A stretch of 63,806 nucleotides of DNA, the filler included, from a bacterium (GTDB lineage Bacteria; CLD3; SB21): the NCBI GenBank assembly GCA_013360215.1. It is 3 parts of 3 records of this genome, joined end to end, with 100 filler letters (N's around TTAATTAATTAA, not from the genome) between each part and the next. Parts side by side here need not be neighbours in the genome. Positions count along the whole stretch, not along the records: positions 1 to 28,331 come from JABWCP010000035.1; 2 more parts are not named here. One strand, given 5' to 3'. The translations under genes and the position numbers were made by a program. Of this stretch, positions 1 through 7,548 are shown piece by piece. The stretch's first letter is position 1; each line of letters opens with the position of its first letter. The notes under the pieces are model-generated. The model ran no database searches and was not told the origin of the DNA. It was given only the letters and a program-made list of their open reading frames with translations.

Positions 1-627
1 GGTAAATTGATACACCATCCGAATGTCGTGAAAATATACGGAGCGGGATCGAGCGAAACGCGTCGGTTCATCACGATGGAAATGGTGGAAGGCAAGACAT
101 TGAAGCAGTTAATTCGTGAAAAAGGCGCGTTACCTGTGGATGAAACTCTGCGAATGGCACTTCATATTGCCGAGGGGTTGAAAGAGATTCACAGGCATGG
201 TGTTGTTCATCGCGACCTCAAGTCGGAGAATGTATTACTGCGTTCAGCCGGAAGTTTGGTGATCATGGATTTTGGGTTGGCTCGGATTAAAGGTATGACA
301 TCGGCGGCGGCGAGAGATCAACTTGTGGGTACGCTAGCGTATATGAGTCCGGAGCAGAGCCTTGGTAAAGAGGTAGATCATCGTTCAGATATATATAGTT
401 TTGGCGTGATCATGTATGAGATGCTATATGGAGAGATGCCTTTTATTGCGAATAATGAGATGGAGTTGATATTGGCGATTCACAACGAGACCCCGCCACG
501 ACTGGTAGCGGCAGTGCAGACTCCATACTCGGAACTTATCCGAATATGTCTCGCTAAAAGTCCAGAACAACGCTTTGGGGATGTGCAAATGCTAATGAAT
601 AACCTTGGAACATTGAGAGTGAAATAA
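1..627 (+). CDS. Hanks-type Ser/Thr protein kinase, 5'-truncated at window edge
   Basis: HPNVVKIY, HRDLKSEN catalytic loop, DFG, GTLAYMSPE and SDIYSFG motifs. The frame is open from position 1 and the protein ends right after the kinase domain. Confidence 0.93.
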   Translation, partial: GKLIHHPNVVKIYGAGSSETRRFITMEMVEGKTLKQLIREKGALPVDETLRMALHIAEGLKEIHRHGVVHRDLKSENVLLRSAGSLVIMDFGLARIKGMTSAAARDQLVGTLAYMSPEQSLGKEVDHRSDIYSFGVIMYEMLYGEMPFIANNEMELILAIHNETPPRLVAAVQTPYSELIRICLAKSPEQRFGDVQMLMNNLGTLRVK

Positions 628-659
628 TATTTTACTTCTTTTGAAGGAGTTCGTAAAAA

Positions 660-1226
660 ATGGATAAAATAAAACAAATTACAATAGCAAGCGGAGGAGT
701 TATTGCGACATCATTTCTACCCTTGTACCTATACGCATTAAGAATCGAATATAACATACAAGTTAATGTAGCGTTGTCGCCGGAGGCATTAAATTTTGTT
801 ACACTTCCTTCGATGCGTGCTATTAGCGGTGGTGTAGTGTATACTAAAAATGTGCAATTTGATTCAAATAACTTGCCTTTACACATTACACTATCACAAT
901 CCGATTTGTTAATATTATATCCAGCCTCAGCAAGAATAATAGCGCAATGTGCTACCGGCGAAATTAATTGTTGTGTTACAAGATTATTTGCATTTACACC
1001 TAAAGAAAAAATTATAATATGTCCGATATTGCACCCACAAATGGAGCGTCAATTATATCAACCGCATATAACAAAGCTTGAATCTTTGGGTTGTAAAATT
1101 ATAGGTTCAATCGAAGAAGCTCCGAATTGGGTACAAATTCAGAATTTTTTTATAAAAAAGTTACGACTAAAAGCAAGAGATGGAAATTTAAGAAGCCATT
1201 TACTGTCTTCGTTAATTATGGGATAA
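660..1226 (+). CDS. HFCD-family flavoprotein (EpiD/LanD-like Cys decarboxylase)
   Basis: N-terminal SGG, LSPEALNFV, conserved His (LPLHITL), PASA(R) flavin-binding motif and PILHPQM (PxMNxxM equivalent). AAGGAG RBS upstream. Confidence 0.85.
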   Translation: MDKIKQITIASGGVIATSFLPLYLYALRIEYNIQVNVALSPEALNFVTLPSMRAISGGVVYTKNVQFDSNNLPLHITLSQSDLLILYPASARIIAQCATGEINCCVTRLFAFTPKEKIIICPILHPQMERQLYQPHITKLESLGCKIIGSIEEAPNWVQIQNFFIKKLRLKARDGNLRSHLLSSLIMG

Positions 1227-2330
1227 TACGGGCGGTAATCTTCGTTTTAGAAATAGCTCAGTGGCTTTGTGGCAAGCACCATAAGCTGAACTCATAATAG
1301 CCATTTCTTCGCTTATTAAGAGTTTAGCGATATGGATATTTTCTTTTTTTATGCCTGTTTTCATTAATGCCGGCATACATAGTGTCTCCCCTCCCAAGCC
1401 AAAAACAATAGCCTGTTTGCATTTACTAAAACCTTTTTTTGCCTTTCTGATCTCCACACTAAGTAGATCAATAGCCGCAACATAAAATTGGTTAGCAATA
1501 TCCTGCCACTCTTTTGTGGAAAAGAAAGTGGAATCCATATCTATGGTATCCGCTATAGCTCTTATAGCATCTTTTTTGGAACCTAAAGCTCCAAATAGGG
1601 ATAACTGATTGCTTAATTCGGTTGAAAGAAGTTCCAATAATGTGGAAATGGATTGAAACGTAACACCTCTTGGAATTACGTGAAATTTATTACCTTTAAT
1701 TCTAACTTCTTTTAGAAGATACTCCAAAGGAGTGGTTTGAGTGCCAATCCATATCAGTCGTCCCGATTGAATTCTCTTGTAATGAGTTTGTGAAACTTTA
1801 GAATCGGGGGGGATGATTTTTCCGTTAATCAGTTGAAAAACTGCAGTGGTCGATCCGCCCATATCTAACACGAGACCGCTGAAAAAGGGAGGGGTTAGGC
1901 GTTTTGCCAAATGAGCGGTACCGACCGAATTTGTGAAGAAGAAATTCTGAAGACTATCGTCGGATAGAGAACTGATTCTGGAAGTTAGAACAACTGATGT
2001 ATCTTGTGTAAAAAGATACGTGTTAGTCTTAGGCAAAAGAGCTTTTAAAACTGACGCTGTATGTTTAACGCCTTCTGAAAATGTCTGATACGAATAGCCT
2101 GAGCTTATTCCTGCGACTAAACTACATATCTTTTTTTGGTAGCCGACTCCTATGTTATCAATCAGTAGATTTCGAATATATCGTTCGAAATTAGACGACC
2201 GATCATATTTTGTAAACCCTGTATGATCAATATTGCAAGTGCACCACTTTATTTGTCGGGACTCACAATCATAAATAAAAACCTTGATTTTGCTGTTGCC
2301 GATATCTAGTCCGATGCATTTATTGCCCAT
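1212..2330 (-). CDS. ASKHA-fold hydantoinase/oxoprolinase-family protein, MfnF/Orf9-like
   Basis: Phosphate-1 GLDIGNSKIK and phosphate-2 LDMGGSTT. RIQSGRLIWIGTQTTP resembles the RL..GEL.Y.G..RTP motif of the MfnF family. Confidence 0.72.
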   Translation of the reverse strand: MGNKCIGLDIGNSKIKVFIYDCESRQIKWCTCNIDHTGFTKYDRSSNFERYIRNLLIDNIGVGYQKKICSLVAGISSGYSYQTFSEGVKHTASVLKALLPKTNTYLFTQDTSVVLTSRISSLSDDSLQNFFFTNSVGTAHLAKRLTPPFFSGLVLDMGGSTTAVFQLINGKIIPPDSKVSQTHYKRIQSGRLIWIGTQTTPLEYLLKEVRIKGNKFHVIPRGVTFQSISTLLELLSTELSNQLSLFGALGSKKDAIRAIADTIDMDSTFFSTKEWQDIANQFYVAAIDLLSVEIRKAKKGFSKCKQAIVFGLGGETLCMPALMKTGIKKENIHIAKLLISEEMAIMSSAYGACHKATELFLKRRLPPVLSHN

Positions 2331-2340
2331 ATTATAGCTA

Positions 2341-2568
2341 TTAGCATCCTACACCACCAGCAGAATCCAAAAGTTCTAGCACACCAAAATTACTTGCAAA
2401 AAGTAAAAAAGAGCTTTGGGTCATAGTCTTAAATAGTTCGGCTTGTTGCGTTGTTATTTTCACCCCTTTTTTATGGGCAGCTTTTTCAGGGTGAGACAAT
2501 AGAAGAGTACGAAATTTATCATCGGAAACAGCGCAATTAAGAAGATCGGATAAATTATTTTTTTTCAT
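2341..2568 (-). CDS. Putative RiPP precursor peptide (75 aa), NHLP-clan leader, C-terminal Cys
   Basis: GGAGG RBS at 2573-2577 before ATG 2568. AVSDDKFRTLLLSHPEKA..KKGVKIT matches the NHLP leader pattern (A..D..FR..LL..P..A...G). Ends LELLDSAGGVGC*. Confidence 0.78.
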   Translation of the reverse strand: MKKNNLSDLLNCAVSDDKFRTLLLSHPEKAAHKKGVKITTQQAELFKTMTQSSFLLFASNFGVLELLDSAGGVGC

Positions 2569-3091
2569 AAGTCCTCCATGATAATGGATTGAGGTTAAGA
2601 GATTGTGTAAGAAAAGATTTTTGAATAATTTTATCGTAGATCTCAAAAATTTTATCAGTCAAATCATGAGAATCATTCGTAAATAGTATAGGAATTGTAG
2701 TAAGCATGGTATCCCTTAGTGCTGCATCATAGATTGCTTTATCTAAACAAAGTAATCCATTTAAATTACCTTTAACCATCCAGTTTTGGAAAAAACGACA
2801 ATTTGCCTGAACAATTCCAATCAATGGTTTGTTTCTAGCTGCATACCAACCTGCTTCACTTGCGCAATCGATTCCAAAGGCATCTAATAGGATAATACCT
2901 GCGTCGGAGTTCTCCATTTCACTAATACATTGTTCATAAATTTTCTTGGGAAACTGAGAATGGGGTATATCTGGAAAGGTGAATTCTTGAGGAAGAATCA
3001 GTGATATTCGTTTCTCATCCAACTTTGATTTAAAATGAGAATTTATAGGCGCGTTTATGATACTTGCTGACAGGTATAAATTTAGTTTCAT
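2555..3091 (-). CDS. Nucleoside 2-deoxyribosyltransferase / nucleotide N-glycosidase family protein
   Basis: LYLSAS, LPQE, IYEQCISEMENSD and GIDCASEAGWYAARNKP (candidate catalytic Glu) fit the NDT/Rcl/MilB fold. Overlaps the precursor start by 14 nt. Confidence 0.78.
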   Translation of the reverse strand: MKLNLYLSASIINAPINSHFKSKLDEKRISLILPQEFTFPDIPHSQFPKKIYEQCISEMENSDAGIILLDAFGIDCASEAGWYAARNKPLIGIVQANCRFFQNWMVKGNLNGLLCLDKAIYDAALRDTMLTTIPILFTNDSHDLTDKIFEIYDKIIQKSFLTQSLNLNPLSWRTYEKK

Positions 3092-3307
3092 TCTGTTTGT
3101 ATAAGTTGAGAAACTTAGAGCTTATAAAACATATATATATGTAATAAAGAATGTAATGTCATGTTGCTCTTTTGTCAACAAAAAAACACATGTATACCAA
3201 TTGCTTATTTCAATAAATCAATGAAGATTAAAATTTTCAAAATCCCTTGCGAAGCGGGCTATTTCTTTTAAATTAAAATCATAACACTTACGGTTCCTCA
3301 CGGGTAT

Positions 3308-5050
3308 ATGATCAAAATTTATGAAAGCCTGCAGGATTTGCAGGTCAAAATAGACGAAACGTTCAAAGAGCTATCGCAGGGATTTAATAAAGTCAACGGC
3401 GCGATCACGCAAAAAAACCTTCCCGCCGCCGAATCCGCACTCAATGATCTTTTTAAAGCGTTTATGTCGCGTACCCGTGCGATAAACGCCCAGTCGGCGT
3501 CGGTCGGCGCGGACATCAAAAAAATAGAATCCCAGTGCGCTGAAATATCCGCCGAAAAAGAACAATTCAAAGCGTTGTATAATTCCGGCATCGCGATGAC
3601 GACGCAAGGCGAATTGCAGGGACTGATCACATTTGCGATGGATCAGATGACCTATCATCTTCGCGCGGAACGTGGTTTTCTGATTTTGGTGGATGAGCAC
3701 GGAGAACGCGAATACTTTGTCAGTAAAAATTTTGACGGACAAAATATAGACGACCCGGCCGCCGAAGTGAGCACCAGCGTAATTCAAAAAACATTGGATG
3801 CGTTACAACCGATCAAGGTGGACGACGATACACTATCCGAGAGCATCATGAAACAAGGTAGTTTTGTGCGCCTCGGGCTTCGTGCCGTGATGTCGGTGCC
3901 GATCATTTTCAGGAAAAAATTACTCGGTGTGGTCTATCTTGACCGGCGGGAAGAAACCAAAGGTTTTTCGGATAACGACTTGGCTTTTCTGATGGCATTT
4001 TCCCGGCAGATTGCTTTTCGGGTTAATGAACTCAAGGAACAACAGCATGTTCATACCGAATACGAACGCCGTGATCGCAATCGCTTACAATCGTTGCGAG
4101 AAAAATATAATTTTTCAGAAATCATCGGCAAAAGCGAACGGTTGGTCAAAGTACTTGAATTGGCCGGTAAGGTAGCATCTTCTGAGGTTACTGTTTTGAT
4201 CCAAGGCGAGAGCGGTACGGGTAAAGAATTGATCGCCCGTGCCATTCATTTTAACAGCGACCGGTACGAACATAAATTCATAGCTATCAATTGTGGTGCG
4301 ATTCCTTCGGAACTTCTCGAATCGGAATTATTCGGATACGAATCGGGTGCATTTACCGGTGCCGTCAAAACCAAAATTGGAAAATTTGAAGCGGCGCATC
4401 GCGGAACCTTGTTTTTGGATGAAGTAGCCGAGTTGTCTATGAACCTTCAGGCCAAAATTTTACGTGTTCTGCAAACCAAAGAACTCGAACGTCTTGGCAG
4501 TACGGAAACGCGCAAAATCGACCTGCGCATTATATCGGCCAGCAATAAAAACCTCCAGCAGATGGTGCGGGAAGGTAAATTTCGTGAAGATTTATATTAC
4601 CGTCTCAAAGTCGTAGAGATCGAATTACCGGCGTTACGAGAACGGAAGGAAGATATTCATCTTCTGGTTAGTTTTTTTGTTCAGAAATACGGCGAACAAC
4701 GGATTCAGTCGGTCAGCGAAGATGCGATGGATATTTTAGAAAACTACGCATGGCACGGCAATATCCGTGAATTGGAAAATGTCATTCAACGTGCGATCAT
4801 TCTTTCGTCCGGCGCGCAGATCGAAGTGCAGGATTTACCTCCGGAGATTGTTTCCAAAACGGAAAGCGGATATAAGGTAGACAAAGATTTGTCGCTCGAA
4901 GACGCGGAAACGGATTTTCGGCGATGGTTCGTGTTACGCGCACTGCGGAAAAGTAACAACAATAAATCCAAAGCCGCTGAAATGCTTGGCATCAACCGCA
5001 CCCACTTTTTTCGTATGCTCAATCAACTGGGCATATCCGACTCAGAATAG
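3308..5050 (+). CDS. Sigma-54-dependent enhancer-binding protein (coiled coil-GAF-AAA+-HTH)
   Basis: GAF motifs (SVPIIFRKKLLGVVYLD, FSDNDL), GESGTGKE, ESELFG, GAFTGA, FREDLYYRL, GNIRELEN and a C-terminal Fis-type HTH. Confidence 0.96.
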   Translation: MIKIYESLQDLQVKIDETFKELSQGFNKVNGAITQKNLPAAESALNDLFKAFMSRTRAINAQSASVGADIKKIESQCAEISAEKEQFKALYNSGIAMTTQGELQGLITFAMDQMTYHLRAERGFLILVDEHGEREYFVSKNFDGQNIDDPAAEVSTSVIQKTLDALQPIKVDDDTLSESIMKQGSFVRLGLRAVMSVPIIFRKKLLGVVYLDRREETKGFSDNDLAFLMAFSRQIAFRVNELKEQQHVHTEYERRDRNRLQSLREKYNFSEIIGKSERLVKVLELAGKVASSEVTVLIQGESGTGKELIARAIHFNSDRYEHKFIAINCGAIPSELLESELFGYESGAFTGAVKTKIGKFEAAHRGTLFLDEVAELSMNLQAKILRVLQTKELERLGSTETRKIDLRIISASNKNLQQMVREGKFREDLYYRLKVVEIELPALRERKEDIHLLVSFFVQKYGEQRIQSVSEDAMDILENYAWHGNIRELENVIQRAIILSSGAQIEVQDLPPEIVSKTESGYKVDKDLSLEDAETDFRRWFVLRALRKSNNNKSKAAEMLGINRTHFFRMLNQLGISDSE

Positions 5051-5100
5051 CTCTGTTATAGCTCTCTCTTTCCCTTCCCAAGCCCCATTTCTGAAATCGC

Positions 5101-5151
5101 GTAGCATTTTTGCGACCATTTACACATTTCGGTCTGTCGTATTATTGTAAC
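5101..5151. promoter_or_regulatory. Pair of imperfect palindromes, candidate enhancer (UAS) sites
   Basis: GTAGCA-TTTT-TGCGAC (5101-5116) and GTCGTA-TTAT-TGTAAC (5136-5151), upstream of a sigma-54-like promoter. Confidence 0.5.
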
Positions 5152-5202
5152 ACATTTTACGATTTATGACAGCGTGAGGTTGATTTTTTTAATGTTAATT
5201 TT

Positions 5203-5218
5203 TGGCACAGCAATTGAT
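5203..5218 (+). promoter_or_regulatory. Near-consensus sigma-54 -24/-12 promoter
   Basis: TGGCACAGCAATTGAT gives GG-N10-GA, one mismatch to TTGC. Confidence 0.55.
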
Positions 5219-5250
5219 AAACCTACAATACCATTATCAGGGATTTCATA

Positions 5251-5460
5251 GTGAAAAAAAAGGTTCTCATTTTTAATCAAGACATTGATGAATTATCAGC
5301 TATACGCCAGGTATTGGTTCGGGAAGGGTATGAAGCGATAACGGCATCCAACTGGGATACGGCGACTAAACTTTTCGCCAGCCTTGAGATTGACTATGTG
5401 CTTATGAATGGTAAATCCGGCGATATTCAGCGCGTTTTACAAAGCGCACTCAAGATGTGA
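5251..5460 (+). CDS. Small truncated pseudo-receiver-domain protein (69 aa)
   Basis: KKVLI...L..EGYE..TA....A.......D.VLM is the receiver N-half, with acidic residues replaced (NQ, N). Confidence 0.62.
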   Translation: MKKKVLIFNQDIDELSAIRQVLVREGYEAITASNWDTATKLFASLEIDYVLMNGKSGDIQRVLQSALKM

Positions 5461-5506
5461 TCAAGTATTCGTACTGCAGCTTTAAAAAGTTGCTCGTGCG
5501 TGAGGA

Positions 5507-5538
5507 CCGCGCGGTTCTAATGGCCGCGCGGATTTTTT
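5507..5538 (+). terminator. Intrinsic terminator
   Basis: CCGCGCGGT..GCCGCGCGG stem followed by ATTTTTT. Confidence 0.7.
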
Positions 5539-5626
5539 GAAAAGTATGTTGGATATCATAGACAAACGTAAAGCCGTAAGGTAAATTTCGATCATAAGTA
5601 ATCATTAAAATCAATGGGAGGATTTT

Positions 5627-6451
5627 ATGAAACATCTAATGACAGGGGCTTGTATTTTGGTGTTGGTTGCGTTGACTTCATGTGGTGGTGATGATGCCGC
5701 CAAACCGGAAGAATTCGGAACGCAGGAAGAAGCCCTCACGGCTCTGAATGCAAATAAATCGAATATGTTGCTGGCTTTGGATGCCGCGGAAGGAGCAATT
5801 GATGCGGCTTCAGGTTTTGGATTAGACAAACGTTCCGCGTATAATTCCAAGAAACTTAACCGTGCAATGACTTATACGTACGACGCATCTACGGGTTGGT
5901 GGACGGACGAGTATACCAATTCATCCGGCGGGTATAATTATGATTACACATGGAACATTCGTTTTACACCACGCGATGCTAATGGGTATTCGACGGATGA
6001 AACTTCAAAAATGGAATATAAATACGATTATCTTTATAACGGGGCAAACACATATTATTCATATGACATGGATCTGGGTGCCGATATGACGTTGACGGGC
6101 GTCAATGCGTATCGTGCAGCGACCGGAAATCTTGTATTAAATGGTACGAATGCAATCAGTTATGTTTGGGATTATTCGTACCTCACGTATGATTACACGT
6201 ATGATTATAGTCATAAATATACCTATAAGTCTCTAGAGATATCACCCGATGGTGACTATCCTGAAGGCGGTTCGGTCAGTTTCACCATTCGTTCCAAGTT
6301 TGAAGGTGAGATAGGTGAAGAAGGTGGTGATGCATTGAATTATTATGTCGCCGGAAAGATAACGTTCGACGGAGACAATACGGCGCTGCTCGAATTCGGC
6401 GGTTTTTCTTTTATTCTTAATTTGGATACCAATGAAGTAACACCGGCATAA
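5627..6451 (+). CDS. Tyr-rich lipoprotein, paralogue 1
   Basis: Signal peptide with lipobox LTSC, GGGAGG RBS and alternating YxYxY strands. Confidence 0.88.
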   Translation: MKHLMTGACILVLVALTSCGGDDAAKPEEFGTQEEALTALNANKSNMLLALDAAEGAIDAASGFGLDKRSAYNSKKLNRAMTYTYDASTGWWTDEYTNSSGGYNYDYTWNIRFTPRDANGYSTDETSKMEYKYDYLYNGANTYYSYDMDLGADMTLTGVNAYRAATGNLVLNGTNAISYVWDYSYLTYDYTYDYSHKYTYKSLEISPDGDYPEGGSVSFTIRSKFEGEIGEEGGDALNYYVAGKITFDGDNTALLEFGGFSFILNLDTNEVTPA

Positions 6452-6480
6452 ATTTCCCCTTTCTTATTGGATTACAACCA

Positions 6481-6520
6481 AACCGCTTCGGTTCGTCATA
6501 GAGCCGGGCGGTTTTTTTAT
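6481..6520 (+). terminator. Intrinsic terminator (copy 1 of a duplicated element)
   Basis: AACCGCTTCGGTTC..GAGCCGGGCGGTTTTTTT. Confidence 0.82.
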
Positions 6521-6593
6521 GTAGATTTTTATTGGCTTCAGGCAACTCTTATCGTACCTTGCCCATATAGCCATAAAAACAAGGGAGGTAATT

Positions 6594-7418
6594 ATGAAAA
6601 AAGTAATGCGATTTTTGGTAGTAGCCATGAGTACGTTCATGACCTCGTGCGGAGGTGATGATGAACTCAAACCTGAAAAATTTGCAACCCAGGAAGAAGC
6701 CATGACGGCTTTTTCCAACAATCAATATAACATGCAAGATGCTTATCATAGCGTGGGTGATGCGATTGATTATACAGGCGGTGTGAGTGTGGGTGCGGTT
6801 AAAACCGAAAAAAAGAAAAAAACGAACCGTGCCATGACGTGGGCATATGACGCGTCAACCGGTTGGTGGTCTGATGCAAATCAATATAGCGGCGAAGGCT
6901 ATAATGAAAGTTATGAGTGGAAAATAAGATACTCTCCTCGCGACGCCAATGGTCAACCGACCGAAACTACGGATAAAATGGAGTATAAATATGATGTGGA
7001 CTTAGAGTCCGGCACATCCGGTAATATGCTAGAACTTTCGACGGATCAAGATATAACGCTAACCAATATTGATGAATTTAATGCCGAAACCGGTAATCTG
7101 ATTATCAATGGCTCAAATAATTTGTCTTGGAAGATGGCTTATGCGTACGAATTGTATTCGTATTCATACGAATACGTTCACAAATATAAATACAATTCGA
7201 TCGCCGCATCCCCGACCGATTCGTATCCGCAAAGCGGTTCGGTTAGTTTTACAATCAAATCGAATTTTGAAGGAGATGGGGTAGAAGGTGATCCGGAAGC
7301 TCTTAATTACTACATCGAAGCTAAAATCACTTTTGATGGTGATAACACGGCGATATTAGAATTTGGCGGATACAGTTTTACGCTCAATTTGGATAGCTTT
7401 TCGATAACGCCGATCTGA
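6594..7418 (+). CDS. Tyr-rich lipoprotein, paralogue 2
   Basis: Lipobox MTSC. Colinear with 5627..6451 (shared NRAMT.YDASTGWW, PRDANG, KMEYKYD, KITFDGDNTA.LEFGG). Confidence 0.88.
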   Translation: MKKVMRFLVVAMSTFMTSCGGDDELKPEKFATQEEAMTAFSNNQYNMQDAYHSVGDAIDYTGGVSVGAVKTEKKKKTNRAMTWAYDASTGWWSDANQYSGEGYNESYEWKIRYSPRDANGQPTETTDKMEYKYDVDLESGTSGNMLELSTDQDITLTNIDEFNAETGNLIINGSNNLSWKMAYAYELYSYSYEYVHKYKYNSIAASPTDSYPQSGSVSFTIKSNFEGDGVEGDPEALNYYIEAKITFDGDNTAILEFGGYSFTLNLDSFSITPI

Positions 7419-7442
7419 TTTGGATTTCATATTTTTTCGATT

Positions 7443-7480
7443 AACCGCTTCGGTTCGCACAGAGCCGGGCGGTTTTTTAT
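7443..7480 (+). terminator. Intrinsic terminator (copy 2 of a duplicated element)
   Basis: Near-identical to 6481-6520, differing mainly in the loop. Confidence 0.82.
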
Positions 7481-7548
7481 TTTGTATCAAAGAATCATGA
7501 GATGTAGTAGATTCTACATTTTGAGAGAAAAACGGAGATCGGCGTTTT

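Noticed and set aside
2569-2646. N-terminal extension giving a 101-aa version of the precursor
   Set aside because: It lies inside the NDT gene. The GGAGG RBS and leader pattern favour ATG 2568.
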